Origin: Candidatus Saccharimonadota bacterium
GTDB taxonomy: Bacteria; Patescibacteriota; Gracilibacteria; BD1-5; UBA6164
DNA length: 32,000 nucleotides
Direction of reading: 5' to 3'
Assembly (NCBI GenBank): GCA_965229705.1
Contig: OZ245922.1
Coordinates: 540,001-572,000, forward strand
Part shown: piece by piece, positions 1 through 10,580 of the stretch
Layout: each line of letters opens with the position of its first letter
Numbering within the stretch: position 1 is the first letter of the stretch
The notes under the pieces: generated by a model
Databases searched by the model: none
The model's input: only the letters and a program-made list of their open reading frames with translations
Told to the model about the DNA's origin: nothing
Program-made: the position numbers and the translations under genes

Positions 1-922
1 TGATTTTATGCTTTGATTGAGGTGTTGTATGATAATATACATACTTTTTCTTTTGAATATATCCTGAGAGCTTTACTCCGTCTTCATCATAAAGTATGTT
101 ATCAAAATACTTAGGAATTACGCTTTTTGAATAACTTATTGCCTTTATACCATTTACTTTCTCAAAAAGCTCTTTCGATATAATAGGTTCATATCATGGA
201 GTATTTATAAGAGCCTCTTGTCATCAAAACTTTTGAAGTCCATAATACTTCACATTCCTTAACATATTTGAAACTTTCTGACTGTCCCATTTTGTACCAC
301 TTTCAGAAGCCAAAAACTCGGCAATAGGTTTAAGAGCTATCTTTTGACTCCTCATTATAAAAGCCCTTCTTACCAAATCAGCCTCTTTTTCTATTACTTC
401 TATTCCTTTACTCCCCTTTTTAATAGTTATATTCTTATATCCAAAAGGAAACTTAGAAAGTACTTTTCAAGATAAAAGAGCTGTCTCCATATTCTTTTTT
501 ACCTTTTTACTCCGAAGAGAGTTATCAAGCTTCGCCATTCATAACTGTTGCCATAACATATTGATGGCAAAATCATCTTCTGAGCCTATAAGTCTTCCAT
601 TTACATATAGTCCTTTTATACTTCAAGAACGAAGCATAGTAGTAAAATTTGCTGTATCTATATCATCTCTTGAGAGTCTGTCTGCTTCGTCAATGATTAT
701 GTAGTCTACTTTTCAACTTTTTCAAGCTTCTAGTAATCTCTCAAAGCCCTTCCTTGTACCTGATTCTTTCGCGCTCACGCTTTCAACTATTTCATCTAAA
801 ACAATAAGTTCAAGACTTGAGGCAAGGTCTCTACACTTTTTTAACTGCGTAACATGAGTATTTTGCTGTCTTCACTCTCTATCAGTCGATTTCCTACAGT
901 ATATTATTGCTGTTTGTTTCAT
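1..922 (-). CDS. Large serine recombinase (resolvase catalytic domain plus recombinase domain); 3' end runs off the window
   Basis: ATG at 922-920. I checked every codon: the frame is open to position 1 in table 25, with nine in-frame TGA and no TAA/TAG. N-terminus is MKQTAIIYCRKSTDRE (Y-x-R-x-S catalytic serine motif). Also ...VDYIIIDEADRLSRDD..., then recombinase-domain-like ...WDSQKVSNMLRNVKYYG... Confidence 0.8.
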
Positions 923-1182
923 GCTTCGTTTTGCTCAATTTTAAAAAGTTGATTTGGAGAACATTTAAATGCTCAGAGGAGTCTTCATATTGTCTCAAAC
1001 TCTATTTTTACCGTCTTTCATTTTCTCATATTCCATAATGCTTGATAACTAATTCATGTTTCTGATTCAAGCCATCTAAGATTTCTATTTTTCTTATCAA
1101 GAAGTGATTGTATATTCAGAAAAACTTTCATAAATAATATGCATAAATATATGTACTATATTATATCTATAGATGATATATT

Positions 1183-1217
1183 ACAAAATAAAAACCCTCA
1201 TGAAAAATGAAGGTTTT
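1183..1217 (-). terminator. Rho-independent terminator after the His/Met-rich lipoprotein gene
   Basis: Inverted repeat AAAACCCTCAT/ATGAAGGTTTT (1191-1217, one mismatch). On the minus strand it is followed by a T-run (plus-strand A-run 1183-1195). It lies about 20 nt past the TAG stop at 1239-1241. Confidence 0.6.
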
Positions 1218-1238
1218 ACTCTAAATTGGAGTACTTTT

Positions 1239-1604
1239 CTATCTATGCTCGTCAGCTCCATGCATCTCTACATCTTCTCCATCATGAAATTCTTTCATAT
1301 GTTTTTCATCTTCTGTCATTTCATCATGGTTCATCATTTCCTTATCATCTTCTATCATATGAGAGTCGTCTGACATATCCATTTTTGAATGGTCCATACT
1401 ATCTGAACCATGACCCATCTTTAAATGGTCTTCAATAGTCATGTTCATTCGAGCAGCAGCGTCTTTTTGCTCTTTATATTCTTCAAGCGAAAGACCGTAT
1501 TTTTCTGCTTGCTGTGACTCTGTAAGAGGTGCTTCTGTTTTTCCACAAGATACAAGACCAAGTGAAAGAATAGCAATAAGACCGATAATAATAATTTTTT
1601 TCAT
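1239..1604 (-). CDS. Small lipoprotein, His/Met/Asp/Glu-rich (putative extracytoplasmic metal-binding protein)
   Basis: ORF-track ORF 1239..1766 trimmed to the Met at 1604. Signal peptide and lipobox MKKIIIIGLIAILSLGLVSC. Mature part is ...MGHGSDSMDHSKMDMSDDSHMIEDDKEMMNHDEMTEDEKHMKEFHDGEDVEMHGADEH. Genuine TAG stop. Sits immediately downstream of the RND pump. Confidence 0.75.
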   Translation of the reverse strand: MKKIIIIGLIAILSLGLVSCGKTEAPLTESQQAEKYGLSLEEYKEQKDAAARMNMTIEDHLKMGHGSDSMDHSKMDMSDDSHMIEDDKEMMNHDEMTEDEKHMKEFHDGEDVEMHGADEHR

Positions 1605-1698
1605 AGTAATATGATAATAAAATAAAAAATATAATAGTTTCTTGATATTCACTTTATGGAGGAATGCAAGAATAATTTTTGTCATACATAGGAAAATT

Positions 1699-4600
1699 TT
1701 AAGAATTAGTACATCTTTCACGAAGATAAGAAAACAATATCGGAAGTATAAAAAGTGTGAGAACAATAGAGCTAATAAGTCATCCTACTACCACTATTGC
1801 AAGTGGTTTTTGAAGTTCTGCTCAAGCCCCAGTTGCCCATATCATAGGAAGTAGTCCTATAATAGAGGTAAAAGCTGTCATAAGTATAGGTCGGAGACGA
1901 AGCATTGCTCCACTTACTACTGCATCGTGAATATCGTTTTTTGAGATTTTTACTTCTGATAGTTCTGCATTATCAAGAGTCTTTTCATCCATAAGTGGAA
2001 GTCCAAACTTCTCCCGAAAAGCATTTTCAAGGTAGAGTATCATCACAACTCACGTTTCAACTGCATTTCAAAAAAGAGCGATAAATCATACCCACACAGC
2101 AACAGAGAAGTTAAATCATGAAATATAGAGAGCAATCACTCAACCTATAAGACTAAAAGGTATAGAAAGAGCCACAATACTCACAAGTCCTCCATCTCGA
2201 TATGCAAGAAAAAGAATAAAGAGAATGATGAAAATAACCGTAGGAATAACTATTTGTAGAGTTTCCTTTGCCCTGAGTTGATTTTCATATTGTCATGCCC
2301 ACTCTATATAATATCACTCTGGAAGCTGAAGGTTTTCATCAATATATCTTTTCCCATCTTCCACAAAACTTACTAAATCTACTCATTGTACACTCATTTG
2401 TACTGCAGAACGAATAACCCCATTTTCACTATTTATTATTGCTGGACCGTCTTCTAAGGCTATATCTGCAACTTGCTGTATAGTAACTATTCCTGAACTT
2501 GAAGGTATTTCAAGACTTTTTATATCATCGATACTATCTCGAAAGTTATTTTTTAGCCTGATTTCAATACCATAATTTTCTCTTCATGAAATAGAAGTAG
2601 AGACTGTTTTTCCTCATACTCACATAGCAATAGTATCAAGCACATCTCATTTTTTTACTCCGTACTGAGTCAGCTTTACTTCATCTATATTGAGTTGTAA
2701 ATACTTCAGTCAGGTAGTACGAATAGCAGTTACTCAAAAACCTCATGGAACATTTCACATAAGATTCTCAATCTGTGTAGCAAGTCGTTCAAGCTCGATA
2801 GGGTCATCTCAAAATACCTTTATCCCAACCTCTGCTCTGATACCTGTAGAAAGCATATCAATACGCCCTATAATAGGCTGAGTGAAACCATTCCAAAGAT
2901 TTTCTATTCAGATATTACGGTTCATTTCTCATATAATATCTTCTTTTGTTACTCAAGGTCTCCACTCTGATTTTGGTTTGAGAGTAATAATTGTTTCAAG
3001 CATCGCCATAGGTGCTGGGTCTGTTGCAGTTAATGCTCTCCCTGCTTTTCCAACGACTTTTTCAACTTCAGGTATTTCAGCAATGATTCTATTTGATTCT
3101 ATCAGTATATCCCTCGCTCTTCTATCACTTACATCAGGAAGAGTCATCGGCATATACATGATACTTCCTTCATCAAGAGGAGGCATAAATTCACTTCCGA
3201 TTCTTGTAAAAATGATTCCTCATACAATGAGTAAAAGACAAGAAGTTATAAGAAATACTTTTCTAAAATTTAGAGCGAGTAAAAGAAGCGGTTTATACAA
3301 ATTTTGAAAGAATCTTACAATTGGAATTTCATTATCTCTTTTGAGCTTTCCTTTTAAGAAAAATACACAAAGTACAGGTACAAGAAAAAGAGAAGCTATA
3401 AGTGTCCCAAGCATTGCAAACATATTTGTGAAAGCAAGTGGAGTGAAAAGCTTTCCTTCTTGTCATGTAAGAGCAAAAATAGGCACAAAAGAAAGAACGA
3501 TGATAAGTATTGCAAAGAGAAGTGGTCAGGCTACTTCTTTCGTAGCTTCTGTGACAAGTTTTGCTCTCTCTTTTAAAGATAATTGCGCCTTTCATAAAAG
3601 CCTATTATATGCGTTTTCCGTGACTACTATTGAAGCATCTACCATTGTTCCTATCGCAATCGCAATACCTCAAAGAGACATGATATTTGAAGAAATGCCT
3701 AAAAGCTTCATACATAAAAACGTAATCAAAACTCATACTATCAGAGAGACAACCGTAACAAATGAAGCTCAGAAATTCCACAAGAAAAGAAACAGTATAA
3801 AAGCTGTGATAATTATCTCTGCAGTAAGAATAGAAGTGAGAGTATGTATTGCATTTGTAATAAGGTTTGTTCTATCATAAAATGTTTCTATTTGTACTCA
3901 CTCTGGAAGTCATGCCTCTAAAACTTTTATTTTTGCCTTTACGCCTTCGATAACCTCAAGAGGATTTTCTCCATATCGCATAATTACTATTCCTCCTACT
4001 TTTTCCTCATACTGATTTGCGAGTATTCCTCTGCGAAACTCTGAACCTATTTTTATTTCAGCTATATCTCATAACTTTACAGGAATATCTTTATAGTCCT
4101 TGAGATACATGTTCTCTAAATCTTCTTTCTCTTCTACAAATCATAGTGCTTCAATAGCTATTTCTTTTCCTCCTTTATCTATAACTCTCCCTGAAACATT
4201 ATTATTTCCTCATGCAATGATTGCAGAAATTTCCTGAAGAGAAATATCATAATTTTTGAGTTTTAAAGGGTCAATAACTACTTGAAAGTTTTGTTTATAT
4301 CATCAAATAGAAGCAACTTCAGCAACTCATGAAACACTTTCTAATCCTAACTTTACTGAGAAATCTTGAATATTTCGTAACTGTGTGAGGGTATGATTCT
4401 CACTTTCAAGCGTGTACATATATATCTGCCCGAGTCATGTTGCATCAGGTCATAAGACAGGTTTCACTCCATTAGGAAGCTCTGATGATATAAGAGAGAG
4501 TCTTTCGTTTACTCTATCCCTTGCGAAGTATTCGTCTATATTGTCTTCAAAAATAACTGTCACCATAGATATTCCAAGCTGACTCATAGCTCGAACATCA

Positions 4601-4839
4601 CGAACTCATGCAAGTCACTGCATTCAGACAGTAATCGGATAAGTTATTTGATTCTCAATATTTGTAGGAGTTTGACCAGACCATGAGGTCATAACTACGA
4701 CTTGATTTTCAGAAAGGTCTGGAAGAGCGTCAATAGGAGTTTTGTATATTGCAATAGAAGATAACACTACAACGACTCCAAGTATCACAAGTGTAATAAA
4801 AGCATTCTCTATGCAGTATTTTATAAGTTTACCCAGCAT
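1699..4839 (-). CDS. cusA: Heavy-metal efflux RND transporter, CusA/CzcA family (1046 aa)
   Basis: Four ORF-track fragments (4839, 3423, 3186, 2046) share one frame and are joined only by TGA codons. N-terminus ...[38 protein letters not shown] matches CusA ...[37 protein letters not shown]. Also [20 protein letters not shown] and [20 protein letters not shown] (CusA Met-cluster region). TAA stop at 1699-1701. Length matches CusA (1047 aa). Confidence 0.93.
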
Positions 4840-4845
4840 ATTTTT

Positions 4846-6684
4846 TTACTTAACAAATATTGGAGTAGTGACAACCTTGAGTGTCTCATCAAAATCTCCT
4901 GTAATAAGAGAAAACTCTCCGTCATCTGAAACTATGACAATATCCTTTACTCAGAGCTTTCCGTTATCTTTTTTATAGTATAAGATAGTTCGCTCTCACT
5001 TGTTATAAATAGTAGAAGTTGGAACTTTATAATGAAAAGATTCTGTTTCGAAAGAAACACGCAAAGTACTTTTATTTGAGAGATTGATACCCTCATTTAC
5101 TTTTGCTTGAAGAGTAATAGAGCGAGTTGCTTCATCTATTTCAGGAGAAATTCTATAAATGGTTCAGGAAAAAGTTTTCCCAGAATCATGTGAAGAAAAA
5201 TATACCTCTTGTCATATTTGTATTTTTCATTGAAGTGACTCTGGTACATAAAACTTAATTTCTTTTTTGGTAATACGTGAAAGGGTGTTATCTACTCAAG
5301 AGACTCGAAATACTTCTATACCCTCAGAAATCATTTCTCCTATTTCAATATCTCGTTTTGATATTGTCCCACTGAAAGGAGAGATTATCTTATAGTCTCA
5401 TGATGCGACATATTCTTTATTGAGGTCTGATTTTGCAACTGCAAGGTCATTTTGAGCCTTTGTGACTTGCCTACTCTCACTTGCTATAAGAAGTTCTTTT
5501 GATTTCCTCAAAGTTTCTAACTCAGAAGTAAGTTTTTGGGTCTCAAGAGATTTATCACTTTCAAGTGTTGTATATTTCTGAGATATAAAAGCTATATTTT
5601 CTTTTTGCTTTTGTACATCATCTTTGAGTCTCTCTATTTTTTCTTGCTGAGATGATAGAGTAAGTTTATAAGCTGACTGAGCATCAATATATCACTCATA
5701 TATAGATTCTCACTCTATCTCGAGAGAGTTTATTATAGTTATATAGGCATCTATTGTTGATTGAGGAGTATCTCATGCAGAATGAACAGTATTTTTAAGA
5801 GCGAGCTTTGTAAGAGAGATTATACTTTTTATACTTTCATATTTCTCTTCAATATTATCTAACTCTCATCATTGGTACATTTGAACTTCTGTTATGAGGC
5901 TACCTAGTACTGAACTATCTTTTGCAGAGAAAAGATAATGTAGGTCTCATTTTTGTATCTCTGTATAGTCTACATCATTTTCTTCTCAGATATATATGAT
6001 AGGAATAATTTGAGAATAAATATCTTCTATCTTGATATTCAGTACAGTGAGTTTTTGTTCTATATTTCTTTTAGCATCAGATAAAAGTTGCTCTTTATTT
6101 TCCTCCGCATTTTTGAGACTATTTTCAAGAGTAGTAAGACTTTGGAGTGCAAGAGTATATTCACTTCCTCTACTTTCCTCTGAGTCTCAAACTTGTGCTA
6201 TTTTCGCATCATAGTTTTTGAGTGTTTCTTGTAAAAGCGTTTCTTTTTCTTGTATCTCTTGCTCAAACTCTGCTATTTTTGCATCAGATACTTTTTTTGT
6301 ATCTGAAAGTATTTTACTATGAGAATCAACAATAGTAGATTTATACGATATATTACTTGATGATTGACCTTCTACTCAAGGTTCAAAGAGTATTGCAAGA
6401 GTTTGACCAGCATATACTTCGTCTCCTATATCTACAAGTATATCTTTCACTAAAGATGCTCTTCTTGGATAGATACTTGCAATATCATTACGTATAAATT
6501 CACCTGTGAAAAAGTCGTTTTTTACAACTTGTTCTGGGAAAGTATGTTTATAGGTTTTTTGAGAAGTCTTTTGAGTAGATATAGAGGTATCGTCTTTCGT
6601 ATCTCAAACTCATAGATAGAGATATGCTAATAGTGCTATAAAGAATAGCATACATCCTATAACTGCTCAGATTATTTTTTTCAT
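4846..6684 (-). CDS. RND membrane-fusion (periplasmic adaptor, HlyD-family) protein with an unusually long coiled-coil (612 aa)
   Basis: ATG 6684, TAA 4846-4848, length divisible by 3. N-terminal TM MKKIIGAVIGCMLFFIALLAYLYL. Lipoyl-like ...VDIGDEVYAGQTLAILFEP.... About 300 aa of heptad-like K/E/Q/L-rich sequence. Beta-barrel part ...YKIISPFSGTISKRDIEIGEMISEG...TIYRISPEIDEATRSITLQAKV. The stop lies 6 nt before the cusA start. Confidence 0.85.
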
Positions 6685-6766
6685 TTTGATGGTGTAATAA
6701 CTAAAAAAATCCTCTTATGAGAAAATAACTTGAACTACAAAATTCAAGCTCCCTTTTAAAGAGGTT

Positions 6767-7198
6767 TTAAGCGTTATTACGTATGATTCAAATAAGATAA
6801 TTATATTGAGTCTTTGAGTATATATATTTTATTTCATTCCTCTCATCGGGAGGAGGAGCTGTGAGACGTTCTGCAGAGTTTTGAAACTGATTGTTATGAA
6901 GAATCGCCTTATCATCTACATCTTCACTATCTATAGTATTATTCTTTATGAGTATTAATGACGGTGCTTGAGAATCTATGAAAGGAGATAGGCAACACTC
7001 ATGTTTATTTTCTTCACAACCATGAGTATCTTCCTGACTATCTCACATCATAGCATGATGCATACGAGGATGTTCTTGGACTTGAGTATTTGTATTACTA
7101 TGATTCTCATGCATCACCATAAAAGATGCAAATGTACTTTGAAAGCATCAAATACAGATGGAAACGAGAAGGAGTATGTATACTACAAGTTTTTTCAT
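6767..7198 (-). CDS. Small secreted His/Met/Cys-rich protein (143 aa), first gene of the efflux operon
   Basis: Checked codon by codon. MKKLVVYILLLVSICIGCFQSTFA signal, then SFMVMHENHSNTNTQVQEHPRMHHAMMGDSQEDTHGCEENKHECC... TAA stop 6767-6769. No recognisable family. Confidence 0.65.
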
Positions 7199-7298
7199 AA
7201 GAGATACTATCATATCTGTAACTGTATAGAATCAATATTGAAAAGCAATTCTAAAATATTGTTTGTTCCTTAATAAAAACATAAAAGAGTAGTATTAT

Positions 7299-7421
7299 CT
7301 ACTCCTCTATGATAATTGACCAAAAGTTATACATTTCCGTTTGGATTTGTTCAACTTCTGAATCTGTAAGATGAGAAAACTCTTTTCAAAGAGCTGTCCT
7401 CGTTTGCTCAATAGTAAGCAT
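7299..7421 (-). CDS. Very small ORF (40 aa), hypothetical
   Basis: MLTIEQTRTALGKEFSHLTDSEVEQIQTEMYNFWSIIIEE with a TAG stop. The only support is its position between co-directional genes. Confidence 0.25.
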
Positions 7422-7520
7422 TTTTCCACAGTACGTAGAAATCCTGTCTTATATTTCAAAGATAGCCGTCTCTACTCCTGTAAAAGTCTCTTATATATGG
7501 TAAGAGTATGATAATTATAT

Positions 7521-8492
7521 TTATCTTCCCATATCAGTAAATCTAATTTTTTGCTTTACAACATACTTCTCATTCTTTCCATCATAGTTTTGTGTTGATA
7601 TTTCACTATGAGGATAAGATTTCTGTAAGCGTATAAAATTTGTATCCTCAGAACTCACTTCATGTACTTTCTCAAGTAAAAATCACTTTTTATTTCATCA
7701 TACTATGAGTTTTTTATACTTGCTATCAAATATAACGTCTAGTAAATGTTCTTCAATAAGAAGATGATTATGAACTATGTCCTGTAGTTCTTGTGTAATA
7801 GATATAGAAGTACGATACTTTTCATATCAGTAATCTCTTCATCCATGTTCAAATGATGATTCTCTTTCTATATATCCTAGTCTTTCGAATATTAAAGTCA
7901 TATAAAAGTATGGAAATATTATATCCTGACCAAACATCGAGTAAGATAAATCTAAGAATATTTTTTCATTAAAAAACTCAGATTCTCATGCGGACATTTC
8001 TACTGCTGAGAATAGTCTTCTATATAGTAGCTTTTTGGCTTTATTAAAACTTATACCATAACACTTTGTTTTCCCTTCAACGAAATCATCAAGTGACTGA
8101 GTTATAAAATCACTCAAGACTTCTAGGAATTTAGTATAATCATCTATATAAAAGTCATGTACACAAATACTTTTTGCCTCTTGAGATAATTCTCAAAGAA
8201 GATTATAAATATTAGCTCACTTGTAATTTCTTGTTTTAATAGAAAGTTTCTTTCATGTTTCAGGACATTTATACGTTTTACGTCTTTTTGATTTTATAAC
8301 ACGAATTGAAAACGAATTGTTATATATAAAATCAATTACTCATCTAAAAAATACTTCTGCTCATCATGGAAAATTTTCATCTAACTCAGTAATTACTCCC
8401 TCATATATTCTGAAATAATCCCTATTATGAAAGAAAGTACAGAACACAAGTAATAAGAAATGTTCTTGTTCGATATTTGATTTAAGAGTCAT
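7521..8492 (-). CDS. Hypothetical protein (323 aa), ORFan
   Basis: ATG 8492, TAA 7521-7523, length divisible by 3, about 13 in-frame TGA. MTLKSNIEQEHFLLLVFCTFFHNRDYFRIYEG... No motif I recognise. Confidence 0.6.
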
Positions 8493-8536
8493 AATAACCG
8501 AAATCATTAAGCTGTAATATAAAAAGTATATTCCAT

Positions 8537-9160
8537 TTATTTTATGAGTAAACTTTGTTCGAGTTTCATAATTTCAGAGTCAGGTATATGCTCTCTCATC
8601 AAATGCATATATCTTTTGTACTTCCTTGTAGCTTTTCCACTTCTATACTTATATTTAATGGTAGAATAAAGTTCTTCTGCCTTCCAGCAATAAGGAAATA
8701 CTCTGTTCATTTCCCTCCATTTATGACTTTGATTTTGCTCTTCATATTTGAGTCATAGTGTTTTCCTACTCGCAAAGTATCAATTACTTTGCAGATATAA
8801 CTTTCAACATCTATTTCATCCACAAGGGCAAGTAAACCAGTATCGTACTCATCCATAATTACACTGAGTAGTTACAAGCTGTATCGTATAATCAAAGTCT
8901 TTCTTTTCTCAAGAAGTTCTATCAGTTTGAGTAAAATATACTCTCAACGTTCGTCTTTGGTCTCTTTCAGTACATGCTCCACCTTGCCCTACTTTCTTTA
9001 CTTCTACAGATATACTTCAGGTCTTTTTTCAATTTATACTCCAAGTTATAGTTCAACTCCTAAAATCTACATCTAAATATCAATGTTTTCGAAAAAAGGA
9101 TATATCAAGTTCCTTGTATTCGTTAGTATATTTTATAGAGTAATTCTTACTTCTTCACAT
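8537..9160 (-). CDS. Hypothetical protein (207 aa) with a Cys-cluster (zinc-ribbon-like) motif
   Basis: ATG 9160, TAA 8537-8539, length divisible by 3. Contains ...TTQCNYGGVRYWFTCPCGGNRCGKLYLQSNGYFASRK... (a C-x-C ... C arrangement). Basic C-terminus. Confidence 0.6.
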
Positions 9161-9170
9161 ATTATTAAAA

Positions 9171-9212
9171 GGTTAGCAAAGGTTATCATTCTTAGGTTAG
9201 GAAAAGTTAGGG
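9171..9212. repeat. Four closely spaced GGTTAG-like direct repeats
   Basis: GGTTAG 9171-9176, GGTTAT 9181-9186, GGTTAG 9195-9200, GTTAGG 9206-9211. Each is preceded by A-rich spacers. The cluster lies just upstream of the 9160 start. Confidence 0.4.
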
Positions 9213-9451
9213 AATTATTTTTCTCATTATTACTTGGTATAACAATAAAATAAGAATGTATACTATACAAAGCAAAACTAAGATTGTACTGTCTGTCTAA
9301 AATTATCTATAATTTCCCTATACTCTTTTTGACTTTCCCTTATGTCTTCATACAATCTTTGAGCTGTTCGCACTCTCCTTTTGGAGGTGTACCAGAGAAA
9401 ATAAAGGAGCATTCCGTAAGGAGTACTTTTTTTATTCTCTAATATTGTATG

Positions 9452-9491
9452 GGAGGGATGAGAAGTTTATCCCCGAAGGGGGAATCCCTCC
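9452..9491. other. GC-rich nested hairpin in an otherwise AT-rich 600-nt non-coding gap (candidate structured RNA or recombination site)
   Basis: Outer stem GGAGGGAT (9452-9459) pairs with ATCCCTCC (9484-9491). Inner stem TCCCC (9470-9474) pairs with GGGGA (9479-9483) around a 4-nt loop. There is a 10-nt bulge on the 5' side. Confidence 0.4.
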
Positions 9492-9765
9492 GGGTGTGAT
9501 ATTTAAGAAAGCTTTAAAAATACAAAAGTGTAAATAACGCTCTAAGATTTAACAATACATATGTACTGAATGAGAATATTTATCGTGAAAAATTGCGTAA
9601 ATTTATATTTTTTCATGTATAGTTTATGATTTTTCTCTCAAATACCAAGCTCATTTTTTCTTCTTATCTCTGAAAAACACTTCAAAGTTAGAGAAAAAAG
9701 TATTTTTTTGTCATTTCCCTTCACATACATAAAATAAAAAATACTACCTTTTCATCACTCACAAT

Positions 9766-10392
9766 ATGAAAATCTTTTTTTGCCTTTTTCTCATACTTCT
9801 CTTTACCCTCTCATCGTGTAATTACTCTCACACAAGCACGCAAGAAACAACTTCCCCAATCACAAAAAGTGAATTATCTCAAACATCTCACATAGATACT
9901 CACTGGGAAAAAGTAATAACACATCTCTCCGGTTATGAACTCAAAGAATTTGATATACTGGAAAAATCTTCTCAGTGATGATGAGCAAAAGTTTTCTCCT
10001 CATGAGAAACAGGCATGATAGATTTGATAGAAGTTGAATACTTATGAGAAACCGGAAAAAGGAAAATACAATACCTCCTCAAAAATGAAAAAATCGTCCT
10101 TATTACAGACGAGCAACACTCTTATAATATGCCTATTTACTGGGATCAAGAACTCCTATGAGAAGAAGCTCAAGGCTATGGAGAAGAAGATTTTTTTCAT
10201 GAGACAAAAACACAAATACACACCAACTCTTATTATCTTTCTGATAAAGAAATACTCTTATGGAAGAAAAATAGCACTCCTCAAAATGAATATATATATA
10301 AAGATGCAAATGTATCTGCCGATCTTCCATGGCTTTTTGAAGAGTTTGAGTGAGTCATATGAGAGTATCACAATACTATAGAAGTGAAATAA
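9766..10392 (+). CDS. Lipoprotein, hypothetical (208 aa)
   Basis: MKIFFCLFLILLFTLSSC lipobox. ORF-track ORF 9766..9978 continues through TGA-TGA-TGA (9976-9984) and five more TGA codons to TAA at 10390-10392. Confidence 0.75.
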
Positions 10393-10456
10393 TTTGACTC
10401 ATAAATGCTTATCCCTACACTCTTTGCTGCAAATCTTGAATATGAGTTCCATTTTT

Positions 10457-10534
10457 ACAGCCGCAACTTAGTTGGAAGACAACTTTCTCTTGCGATGAGC
10501 TTTGCGAATCGGAAGGAAAGTTGAATCGCAAAAG
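10457..10534 (+). pseudogene. Decayed tRNA-Arg-like sequence (no foldable acceptor stem)
   Basis: ACAGCCGCAACTTAGTTGGAAGAC...CTTGCGAT...GTTGAATCG aligns along its length with the downstream tRNA: GCAGCCGTAGCTCAGTTGGAAGAG...CCTGCGAA...GGTTCGAAC. About 22 of the first 29 nt are identical, but the cloverleaf pairing is lost. Confidence 0.4.
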
Positions 10535-10580
10535 AAAGCATATTTTCTTCCCTAAAAAATACACATAGTAGAATTATTTT

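Noticed and set aside
2882-3880. Plus-strand ORFs 2882..3307 (141 aa) and 3341..3880 (179 aa), among the longest in the track.
   Set aside because: They are antisense to the CusA-like gene, have low-complexity hydrophobic or Ser-rich composition, and show no homology. They are shadow ORFs.
9171-9212. Short direct repeats as a possible CRISPR array.
   Set aside because: The repeats are 6-7 nt with 4-8 nt spacers. That is far too short and irregular, and no cas genes are present.
9161-9765. tmRNA, RNase P RNA, or a tRNA-Gly(UCA) decoder for TGA hidden in the long gap or other gaps.
   Set aside because: There is no tRNA-like T-loop/acceptor (GGTTCGA...CCA) and no RNase P CR-I/CR-V signature. 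The only two T-loop motifs in the window belong to tRNA-Arg and tRNA-Gln, so the UCA tRNA must lie elsewhere.
10506-10531. CGGAAGGAAAG resembles the SRP (4.5S) RNA domain IV GGAA tetraloop region.
   Set aside because: The flanking conserved GGAAGCAG/AGGUC elements and the symmetric-loop pairing are absent. The region is better explained as the decayed T-arm of a tRNA copy.
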